DNA of 32,000 bases from Kineococcus radiotolerans SRS30216 = ATCC BAA-149 (GTDB lineage: Bacteria > Actinomycetota > Actinomycetes > Actinomycetales > Kineococcaceae), in NCBI RefSeq assembly GCF_000017305.1, contig NC_009664.2, positions 360,001-392,000 of the forward strand, read 5' to 3'. The notes below the pieces were generated by a model, which was not told the origin of the DNA, did not search any database, and saw only the letters and a list, made by a program, of their open reading frames with translations. Below are positions 23,947 through 30,938 of this stretch, in pieces. The position numbers and the translations under genes were made by a program. Positions within the stretch are counted from its first letter, which is position 1; each line of letters begins with the position of its first letter.

Positions 23947-25875
23947 TCAGGGCTGCTGCAGCTCGTCGGCCAGGGCGGCGATCTCCTCGATCGCGGTGGC
24001 CAGCTCCTCCGCGCCGGTGGACTGCTGGCGGGCCGCGGCCGAGGCCTGGCCCGAGAGCGCGTCGGCCTGGTTGGCCGCGGCGGAGATCTGGTCCAGCGCG
24101 GTCTTCACCTGCACCAGGGCGGAGGCGATCTCGGCGGAGGCGGCGCGGACCTCCTGGTTGCCCTCGCGGACCTCGGCCATGTCGCGCTCGACCTCGACGA
24201 GGCGGGCGGTGCTGGCCTTGGCGCGCTCGACCTCGACGAGGGCCTGGCGGGAGGTCTCCTCCAGGTCCGCGCGCACGGCGGCGATGCGGTCCTGGACCTC
24301 CTTGACGAGGTCCTTGATGCGCTCGGCGTTGTCGGCGGAGTCGCGGGCGAGGTTGCGGATGTCGGTGGAGACGACCGCGAAGCCCTTGCCGTACTCCCCG
24401 GCGCGCGCGGACTCCACGGAGCCGTTGACGGCCAGCATGTTCGTCTGGATGGAGACGTTGGCGATGGCGTCGACGATCTTGTCGATCTTGCGGGAGACGA
24501 TCTCCAGCTCCACGACCTGCTTGACGCTGTCCTTGGCCGCGGCCGCCGCGGCGGTGATCGCGGTGATCATCGTGTCCACGGCGTCCTTGTTGGTCGCCAG
24601 CTGGCCGATCATCTCCCCGGCCTTCTCCACGGCCACCCCGGCGCGGGTCTCGGCGAGCTGGGCGCCGGACTCGATCTGGTTGATGGCGCTGGAGGACTCC
24701 ACCGTCTTGGCCGACTGGGCCTGCGCGCCGCTGGAGATCTCGGTGATGGCGGTGGCGATCTGGGTGGCGGCGCGGTTGATCTCCTCCGCGGCGGCGGCCA
24801 GCTCCTCGGCGGAGGCGGCGACCTCCTCGGCGGACTTGCCGATGTCGGCGGAGCCGCGCAGCTCGTCGGCGATCTCGGAGAGCTGCTCGGCGGCCTGCTC
24901 GCTCTGCTGCAGCGCCGCGCCCTGCTGGTCGACGGTCTGGAGGACCTCCTCGGCGGCGGCGGACTGCTGCTCGGCGGCGGCGGCGATCTCCTCCGCGCGC
25001 AGCTGCGCGTCCTGGGAGGCGCGCTCGGCCTGGGTGGCGGCGGCGGCGATCTCGGCGGCGCCGTCGAGGATGACGACCATGTCGTCGCGGATCTGCGCGA
25101 GCTGCGCGGTGACGGCGCGGCCCTTCTCGACCTCGCCGCGGGAGGTGTCTGCGGAGGCCTGGACGCCCTCGGCGACGGCGGTGACGCCGGCGCGGATGGA
25201 GTCGATGAGCTCGCGGATCTGGCTGGCGGAGCGCTCGGAGGTCTCGGCCAGGGTGCGCACCTCGTCGGCGACGACGGCGAAGCCCTTGCCGTGCTGGCGG
25301 GCGCGGGCGGCCTCGATGGCGGCGTTGAGGGCGAGCAGGTTCGTCTGGTCGGCGATGCGCGCGACGGCGGCGACGATGGTGCCGATCTCCTCGGCCTGCT
25401 TCTCCAGCTCGGTGATCATCTCCACCGAGGCGGTCTGACGGTCGGCGGCCTCGCCGACGTTGGCGACGAGGCTGCTGATGCCCTCGGCGGTCTCCCCGAG
25501 CAGCGTCTGCAGCTTGGCGGTCGTCTCCTGCACGCGCTTGCTGGTCTGCTGCTGGGTGCGGATGCGCCCGGCGACCTGGTTGGTCGCGGCCAGCGACTCC
25601 TGGGTGGCGCCCGAGGCCTCCTCGGCGCCGGCGGCGATCTGCTGCATCGAGTCGCGCAGCTGGCGCGAGGCCTCGGTGGACTGCGCGGTGGAGGCGGCCA
25701 GCTCGGTGGTCGCGGCGGCGATGCGCTCGGCGGCCTGCTGCTGCTTGGCGACGGTGCGGGCGCGGCGGCGCGCCTCGTCGGACTCGCGGGGGTCCTTGCG
25801 GGGGAGGGTGGTCGGTCCGGCAGCGGGACGGGCTGCGGGGATGGTCGCCTTGGCGCCGTTCTTGGTGAGGGGCAT
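23947..25875 (-). CDS. Soluble methyl-accepting chemotaxis protein with two complete signalling (MA) domains (DosM-like)
   Basis: Tip 1: [41 protein letters not shown] (about 25225-25389). Tip 2: [40 protein letters not shown] (about 24325-24489). No hydrophobic span. ATG 25875 has GAAGGA 9 nt upstream. The ORF is open to GTG 25920. Confidence 0.9.
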   Translation of the reverse strand: MPLTKNGAKATIPAARPAAGPTTLPRKDPRESDEARRRARTVAKQQQAAERIAAATTELAASTAQSTEASRQLRDSMQQIAAGAEEASGATQESLAATNQVAGRIRTQQQTSKRVQETTAKLQTLLGETAEGISSLVANVGEAADRQTASVEMITELEKQAEEIGTIVAAVARIADQTNLLALNAAIEAARARQHGKGFAVVADEVRTLAETSERSASQIRELIDSIRAGVTAVAEGVQASADTSRGEVEKGRAVTAQLAQIRDDMVVILDGAAEIAAAATQAERASQDAQLRAEEIAAAAEQQSAAAEEVLQTVDQQGAALQQSEQAAEQLSEIADELRGSADIGKSAEEVAASAEELAAAAEEINRAATQIATAITEISSGAQAQSAKTVESSSAINQIESGAQLAETRAGVAVEKAGEMIGQLATNKDAVDTMITAITAAAAAAKDSVKQVVELEIVSRKIDKIVDAIANVSIQTNMLAVNGSVESARAGEYGKGFAVVSTDIRNLARDSADNAERIKDLVKEVQDRIAAVRADLEETSRQALVEVERAKASTARLVEVERDMAEVREGNQEVRAASAEIASALVQVKTALDQISAAANQADALSGQASAAARQQSTGAEELATAIEEIAALADELQQP

Positions 25876-25964
25876 GGATCCTGGTCCTTCACTGGGGTCG
25901 TCCGACGAGACGGCGGCCACGGCTGACCTGCGTCCTCGTGTGCTCCCGGAGGGGGCTGCCTAGA

Positions 25965-25992
25965 AGGTCGGCAACCCCCGTTGCCGTCTTGA
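25965..25992 (-). promoter_or_regulatory. Candidate sigma-28 (FliA/WhiG)-like promoter of the che operon: TCAA-N16-GCCGACCT
   Basis: The minus strand reads TCAAgacggcaacgggggttGCCGACCT, against the consensus TAAA-N15-GCCGATAA (3/4 and 5/8 matches). A 7-bp hairpin cggcaac-cccc-gttgccg (25969-25986) overlaps the spacer. Confidence 0.25.
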
Positions 25993-26085
25993 GCCCAATT
26001 TCCGGAGCCGGGTCCGGAGCCCGTCCGGGACGACCCCGCCGCCGGGCGGGCTCAAGGTCGCGCACCGGCGTGCCGAGGTGGGGAC

Positions 26086-26481
26086 GTGGACGACGACCAG
26101 CAGGCCGGGCCCTCCCCGGTGCCCCCGCCGCGCTCCCCCGGGCTCGAGGTCGCCGACCCGACCCTCGCGTCCCTCACCGCCCTCGTCACGCAGGTGGAGG
26201 AGTCCGTGCGCCTGCTCACCCTCGTCGGTGACCGCGCCGGCGCTGTCGTGCGCCGCCGCCTGGCCGGGGACAGCTACAGCGAGATCGTCGAGTCCAAGGA
26301 GCGGCCCTTCATCGTCGAGGTGATCACCACGGCGATGTCCGGCCTGGGCGAGGCCGGTGGGCAGTACCGCCGCGCCCAGGCCCGGGCGCTGCGCGCGGAG
26401 GGCGTCAGCGTGCCCGACATCGCCCGCCTCTTCGGCGTCACCCGCCAGCGCGTCTCCGCGCTGCTCGACGACCGGGTCTGA
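26086..26481 (+). CDS. Small protein with C-terminal helix-turn-helix (resolvase/sigma-region-4-like)
   Basis: The C-terminus LRAEGVSVPDIARLFGVTRQRVSALLDD is a typical HTH. GAGGTGG lies upstream of GTG 26086. The gene is divergent from the che operon. Confidence 0.5.
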   Translation: MDDDQQAGPSPVPPPRSPGLEVADPTLASLTALVTQVEESVRLLTLVGDRAGAVVRRRLAGDSYSEIVESKERPFIVEVITTAMSGLGEAGGQYRRAQARALRAEGVSVPDIARLFGVTRQRVSALLDDRV

Positions 26482-26483
26482 CG

Positions 26484-26506
26484 GCCCGCCCTACGGCTCG
26501 GCGGGC
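26484..26506. terminator. Weak hairpin (gcccgcc-9 nt-ggcgggc) spanning the 9-bp gap between convergent stops
   Basis: A 7-bp stem that includes the HAD stop codon. Confidence 0.25.
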
Positions 26507-27216
26507 GTCGCGCCGACCGTGTCCACCACCTCGCCCGCCGCGACCCGGGCGAGCACCGCCAGGTCCACCTCGGCCAGGGACGCCACCCGGCTGCGCCCGG
26601 GGGCGGGCGGGATCGGCACCATGTGCGGGCAGGCGACGACGCGGCAGCCCGCGGCCTCCCCGGAGGCGATCCCCGTCGGGGAGTCCTCGAGGACGACGCA
26701 CCGCGCCGGGTCCACCCCCAGCAGCTCCGCGGCGCGCAGGTAGGGGTCGGGGGCGGGTTTGCCGCGCTCCACCTCGTCCCCGGCGACGACGACGGCGAAG
26801 GCGCCGGGCAGCACCCGCGCCACCGTCTCGGCGAGGCTGCGGTACGACATCGTCACCAGCGCGCACGGCACCCCGGCCCCCGCGAGCGCCTCCAGCAGCT
26901 CCACGGCCCCCGGCCGCCACACCACCGCCGCGCTCACCTGGGCCACGACGGCCTCCACCAGCTCCGCCACCACCGCGGCCGGGTCCAGCCGCACCCCGGT
27001 CTCGGCCTCGAGGTGCGCGGCCAGGACCCGCCCGGACTCCGGCAGCGCGTTGCCCACCAGCGACAGCGCCTGCTCGTGGGTCCAGCTCGCGCCGTAGCGG
27101 CCCAGCAGCGCCGTCTCCGCGGCGATCCAGTGCGGTTCGGTGTCCACCAGGGTGCCGTCCATGTCCCACAGGACGGCGGCGGGCGGGGTCGGGGGTGTCG
27201 CGCTGTCGGGCTGCAT
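26491..27216 (-). CDS. HAD-superfamily hydrolase (beta-phosphoglucomutase/phosphatase-like, subfamily IA)
   Basis: Motif I VLWDMDGTLVDTE, motif II LVTMS and motif IV VLEDSPTGIASG. Confidence 0.85.
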   Translation of the reverse strand: MQPDSATPPTPPAAVLWDMDGTLVDTEPHWIAAETALLGRYGASWTHEQALSLVGNALPESGRVLAAHLEAETGVRLDPAAVVAELVEAVVAQVSAAVVWRPGAVELLEALAGAGVPCALVTMSYRSLAETVARVLPGAFAVVVAGDEVERGKPAPDPYLRAAELLGVDPARCVVLEDSPTGIASGEAAGCRVVACPHMVPIPPAPGRSRVASLAEVDLAVLARVAAGEVVDTVGATPAEP

Positions 27217-27225
27217 CGGTACCGG

Positions 27226-27235
27226 AGTCTAGGGT
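27226..27235. promoter_or_regulatory. Bidirectional -10 module AGTCTAGGGT in a 25-bp divergent intergenic region
   Basis: Plus strand: TAGGGT (27230-27235)-N6-GTG 27242. Minus strand: TAGACT (27231-27226)-N9-ATG 27216. The hexamers share the TA at 27230-27231. Confidence 0.4.
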
Positions 27236-27241
27236 TGGCCC

Positions 27242-28126
27242 GTGCCCGAGCAGCCTGTCGACCCCCGCGCCGAGTCCGCTCCCGCCCCGGTGGTCCTGCG
27301 CGACCCCGTGGTGATCGCGGCCTTCGAGGGCTGGAACGACGCCGGAGAAGCCGCCAGCCAGGCCCTCGCGCACCTGCACGAGGTGTGGGGCGCGGTCGAC
27401 CTCGTGGAGTTCGACCCCGAGCTGTACCACGACTTCCAGGTCAACCGCCCGACCGTCCACTACGACGACGACGGCCGCCGGCGGCTCACCTGGCCCACCA
27501 CCCGCGTCTCCTACGCCCTGCTGCCCGACGCGCCGCGCGACGTCCTGCTCGTGCGCGGCATCGAGCCGTCGATGCGGTGGCGGACCTACGCCCGCGAGGT
27601 CGTCGAGCAGGCCCAGGCCCACGGCGCCTCCCTCGTGGTCACCCTCGGCGCGCTGCTCGCCGACGTCCCCCACACCCGTCCCCTGCCCATCACCTCCAGC
27701 AGCGAGGACCCCGACCTCGCGGAGAAGCTCGACGTCGAGCCCTCCCGCTACGAGGGGCCCACCGGCATCGTCGGCGTCGTCCAGGACGCCGTCGCCACCG
27801 CCGGCATCGCGTCCCTCTCGCTGTGGGCGGCGATCCCCCACTACGTCGGCCAGCCCCCCTCGCCCAAGGGGACCCTGGCCCTGCTGCGCCGCGTGGAGGA
27901 GCTCCTCGACCTCGCCGTCCCCCTCGCCGACCTGCCCGAGGACGCCCGCGCCTGGGAGCGCGGCGTCGACGAGCTCGCCGCCGAGGACAGCGAGATCGCC
28001 GAGTACGTCCAGCAGCTGGAGGAGGCCAAGGACACCGCGGAGCTGCCCGAGGCCTCCGGGGAGGCCATCGCCCGCGAGTTCGAGCGCTACCTGCGCCGGC
28101 GCGACGACCCCCCGCGCCGGGGCTGA
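27242..28126 (+). CDS. PAC2-family (proteasome assembly chaperone 2-like) protein, Rv2125-like
   Basis: Motifs PVVIAAFEGWNDAGEAAS, LVRGIEPSMRW, YEGPTGIVGV and SLWAAIPHYV. Confidence 0.8.
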   Translation: MPEQPVDPRAESAPAPVVLRDPVVIAAFEGWNDAGEAASQALAHLHEVWGAVDLVEFDPELYHDFQVNRPTVHYDDDGRRRLTWPTTRVSYALLPDAPRDVLLVRGIEPSMRWRTYAREVVEQAQAHGASLVVTLGALLADVPHTRPLPITSSSEDPDLAEKLDVEPSRYEGPTGIVGVVQDAVATAGIASLSLWAAIPHYVGQPPSPKGTLALLRRVEELLDLAVPLADLPEDARAWERGVDELAAEDSEIAEYVQQLEEAKDTAELPEASGEAIAREFERYLRRRDDPPRRG

Positions 28127-28260
28127 CCGGGGCACACCGGTCACGCGGAGTGAGCAGAACGGGTGACACGCCCGCGCTGGTCCCCGCGCCGATCCCGCGA
28201 CCGCCCCATGATGGGGCGGTGCGGCCCGGACCTCCCGGGCGACGTGGAGGGGACGACGAC

Positions 28261-28728
28261 GTGAACATGGTCGATGCCGTCAAGAACGGCTTCTCGAACT
28301 ACGCCCGCTTCTCCGGGCGCGCCCGCCGGTCGGAGTTCTGGTTCTGGACCCTGTTCACCGTCATCGTGAGCATCGTCGCCTCCGTCGTCGACAACGCCCT
28401 CGGGCTCACCACCAGCAGCGGCGGCGGGGTGTTCCAGGGGATCGCCTCGCTCGCGCTGCTGGTGCCCGGCCTCGCCGTCGGCTGGCGGCGTATGCACGAC
28501 ACCGGCAAGAGCGGTGCCCTATACCTCATCGGCCTCATCCCGCTCGTCGGCTGGATCCTCGTCGTCGTCTGGGCCTGCCAGGACAGCCAGCCCGGCCCGA
28601 ACCACCACGGCCCCAACCCCAAGGGGATCGACGGCGGGTACGGGCAGTTCCCGGGCCAGCAGGACCGGTTCGGCGGACCGGGCCAGTACGGCCAGCCGGG
28701 CCAGTACGGGCAGCCCGGGCAGTTCTGA
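28261..28728 (+). CDS. DUF805 (YhaH-like) inner-membrane protein with Gln/Gly/Tyr-rich tail
   Basis: Motifs FSGRARRSEFWFW, GWRRMHDTGKSG and IPLVGWI. GGAGGGGA lies 7 nt upstream of GTG 28261 (alternative ATG at 28267). Confidence 0.8.
   Translation: MNMVDAVKNGFSNYARFSGRARRSEFWFWTLFTVIVSIVASVVDNALGLTTSSGGGVFQGIASLALLVPGLAVGWRRMHDTGKSGALYLIGLIPLVGWILVVVWACQDSQPGPNHHGPNPKGIDGGYGQFPGQQDRFGGPGQYGQPGQYGQPGQF
28681..28725 (+). repeat. 18-bp tandem repeat (2.5 units) encoding GQYGQP-GQYGQP-GQF
   Basis: ggccagtacggccagccg, then ggccagtacgggcagccc, then gggcagttc. Confidence 0.85.
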
Positions 28729-28743
28729 CCGGACGGCACCGCG

Positions 28744-28773
28744 GGGGGCGACCACGACGACGTGGTCGCCCCC
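28744..28773 (+). terminator. Strong hairpin 15 nt after the DUF805 stop (gggggcgaccac-gacgac-gtggtcgccccc)
   Basis: Perfect 12-bp stem with a 6-nt loop. By a rough composition estimate this is unlikely by chance in 32 kb. No U tract, as is common in high-GC actinobacteria. Confidence 0.55.
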
Positions 28774-28810
28774 TCGCCGCGTCCGGGCCGTGTCGGGCGG
28801 TGACGCGGGA

Positions 28811-28822
28811 GCGTGATCACGC
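28811..28822. promoter_or_regulatory. Perfect 12-bp palindrome GCGTGATCACGC about 46 bp upstream of the AIM24 operon
   Basis: Located between the terminator hairpin and the GAGGAGG SD (28857-28863). It is flanked by the 8-bp inverted repeat cggtgacg / cgtcaccg (28798-28805 / 28837-28844). Confidence 0.3.
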
Positions 28823-28867
28823 CATGATGGGGTCCACGTCACCGCAGCGAAGCACCGAGGAGGCCCC

Positions 28868-29497
28868 GTGACCTGGCGGCTGGAGACCCCGCGCGTCCTC
28901 GTCGTCGACCTCGACGGCTCCAAGGGCAGCGCCGTGCGCGCCCGGACGGGGTCGATGGTCGCCTACGAGGGCGACGTGCAGTTCAAGAACGCCGGCGCGG
29001 GCGGGGGCGGTGGTCTGCGGGCCGCGCTGAAGCAGCGCGTCACCGGCGAGTCGCTGCCCCTGATGGAGGTCACCGGCCGCGGCAGCGTCCACTTCGCCGT
29101 CGGCGCCGGCCACCTGCTCGTCCTCGACCTCGCCAGCGATGTCCTCAAGGTCGAGTCCGAGTCGCTGCTCTGCCTCGCCGAGGGCCTGCGCACCGACGTC
29201 ACCTTCACCGGCCTGCAGGGCGCCTCCAGCGGCCAGGGCCTCTTCACCACCACCGTCACCGGCCACGGCCAGGTGGCGCTGCTCTCCCTCGGCGGGCCCC
29301 CGATCGCGTTGCGCGTCAGCCCCCAGCACCCCCTCGTGGTGGACCCCGACGCCTACGTCGGCGCGGTCGGGAACCTCAGCCAGTCCTTCGTCACCGACGT
29401 CTCCTGGCGCAACCTCGTCGGGGAGAGCTCCGGGGAGGCGTTCTCCCTGCGCTTCGAGGGCCAGGGCGTCGTCTACATCCAGCCCGAGGAGCGGTGA
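28868..29497 (+). CDS. AIM24 (DUF124, TIGR00266-like) family protein, paralogue 1
   Basis: Motifs VRARTGSMVAYEG, a Gly-rich loop AGAGGGGG, GQGLFTTTVTGHGQVALLSLG, VVDPDAYVG and RFEGQGVVYIQP. Confidence 0.8.
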   Translation: MTWRLETPRVLVVDLDGSKGSAVRARTGSMVAYEGDVQFKNAGAGGGGGLRAALKQRVTGESLPLMEVTGRGSVHFAVGAGHLLVLDLASDVLKVESESLLCLAEGLRTDVTFTGLQGASSGQGLFTTTVTGHGQVALLSLGGPPIALRVSPQHPLVVDPDAYVGAVGNLSQSFVTDVSWRNLVGESSGEAFSLRFEGQGVVYIQPEER

Positions 29498-30165
29498 TGG
29501 CGTTCACCAAGGTCACCTCGAAGGTCGTCCTCGCCGAGGTCCGCCCCGGCCAGGAGGTCCTCGCCCGCCGCGGCGCGATGCTCGCCACGACCGGCACCAT
29601 CGCCTTCTCGCCCGTCGTCGGCGGGCCCGGCGGCGGCGCCTACGGCGGCGGCATCGCCTCCGCCCTCGCGCGCGGGATGCAGGGCGAGGCCGTGCCCCTC
29701 ATGGTCGCCGAGGGCCACGGCTCGGTGCACTACGGCTACCACGGCCACCACGTCACGATCGTCGACCTCGACGGCTCGCAGCCGATGTCGGTCGAGGCGG
29801 ACCGCCTCCTCGCCCACGACGCGAGCATGTCCAGCTCGGTGGTGTTCCTCGGCCAGCAGGGCGGTCTGCGCGGCGCGGTCCGCGGCGCGGTCACCGGCCA
29901 GGGGCTGTTCACCACCCAGCTCTCCGGCCGCGGTTCGGTGGCCGTCCTCTCCCACGGCGGGACCTTCGCCCTCCGCGTCGGCGGCGGGCGGCAGGTCGTC
30001 GTCGACCCCCAGGCCTACGTCGCCCACGTCGGGAACCTCCGCCTCGACGTCGCCACCGCCCTGTCCTGGCGCGACGCCGTCGGCCGCGGGTCGGGCGAGG
30101 GCGTGCAGCTGAAGGTGTCCGGCGAAGGAACCGTCTACGTCCAGGCGAGCGAGGAGAAGCTCTGA
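29497..30165 (+). CDS. AIM24 family protein, paralogue 2
   Basis: Motifs [13 protein letters not shown], a Gly-rich loop [42 protein letters not shown] and [13 protein letters not shown] 29497 shares one nt with the upstream stop (TGATG). Alternative GTG at 29494. Confidence 0.8.
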   Translation: MAFTKVTSKVVLAEVRPGQEVLARRGAMLATTGTIAFSPVVGGPGGGAYGGGIASALARGMQGEAVPLMVAEGHGSVHYGYHGHHVTIVDLDGSQPMSVEADRLLAHDASMSSSVVFLGQQGGLRGAVRGAVTGQGLFTTQLSGRGSVAVLSHGGTFALRVGGGRQVVVDPQAYVAHVGNLRLDVATALSWRDAVGRGSGEGVQLKVSGEGTVYVQASEEKL

Positions 30166-30938
30166 TGGTCTCGACCAACCCCCAGCCCCTGGACCCCCAG
30201 ACCCTGCCCGACCACGACAACCTCCCCGGCAACGCCCACGCCTACTGCGTGCGGCTCACCGGCCCGCTGTTCGTGCAGACCGGCACGATGATCGCCTACT
30301 ACCCCCAGGGCGGGGGGACCGTCCGCTTCGAGCCCCTCACCGCGACCTCGCTGACGAGCATGGTCGCCAGCCACTTCTCCTCGCCCCTCTACAGCCGGGA
30401 CTGGGTCGTCGCCACCGGCCAGGGCCACGTGATCCTCGGCGACCGCGGCTACGACATCAACTCCTACGACCTCGACGACGGGAACCTCACCGTCCGCGCG
30501 GCCAACCTGCTCGCCTTCGACGCCGGGCTGGAGCTGAAGGAGTCCATCATCCCCGGGTTCCTCACCCTCATCGGGACGGGGAAGTTCCTCGCCAGCTCCT
30601 CCGGGCCGGTCGTGTTCGTCGAACCCCCCGTCCGCGTCGACCCCGAGGCCCTCGTCGGCTGGGCCGACTGCCCAGCCCCCTCCCAGCACTTCGACGCCGG
30701 CTGGATGGGCCACTTCCTCGGCGCCGCCCGCGGGGCGCTGTTCGGCACCCGCTCCGGGGAGGAGCGCCAGTACGACTTCACCGGCGCCGGCACCGTCCTG
30801 CTGCAGAGCTCGGAGCGGGTGCTGGAGGACCCGCAGGTCGTGCGGCGCCTGGAGGGCGAGGTCCGCCAGCTCGGGCCGAACCAGCTGCAGCACCTGTCCG
30901 GGGTGATCCAGGCCCAGCTGCAGCAGCACCAGCAGTGA
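30165..30938 (+). CDS. Divergent AIM24-like protein, paralogue 3, with Gln-rich C-terminal helix
   Basis: Motifs [39 protein letters not shown] and [11 protein letters not shown]. The tail reads [18 protein letters not shown]. There is a TGATG overlap with paralogue 2. Confidence 0.65.
   Translation: MVSTNPQPLDPQTLPDHDNLPGNAHAYCVRLTGPLFVQTGTMIAYYPQGGGTVRFEPLTATSLTSMVASHFSSPLYSRDWVVATGQGHVILGDRGYDINSYDLDDGNLTVRAANLLAFDAGLELKESIIPGFLTLIGTGKFLASSSGPVVFVEPPVRVDPEALVGWADCPAPSQHFDAGWMGHFLGAARGALFGTRSGEERQYDFTGAGTVLLQSSERVLEDPQVVRRLEGEVRQLGPNQLQHLSGVIQAQLQQHQQ

Noticed and set aside
14888-26490. The che block as a mobile genomic island
   Set aside because: I found no integrase, transposase, tRNA attachment site or terminal inverted repeats at either junction. 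I could not compute compositional deviation. Only the synteny argument supports insertion, so I report it as an accessory block, not as a mobile element.
26438-28144. 568-aa minus ORF, and the 5' part of the 701-aa plus ORF 26623..28728
   Set aside because: These are out-of-frame or antisense shadows of the HAD, PAC2 and DUF805 genes with Arg/Gly/Pro-rich composition. Likewise 6520..7758, 7685..9193, 8496..9530, 9572..10510, 11536..13404, 12787..13836, 13940..14788, 29139..30164 and 30464..31837.
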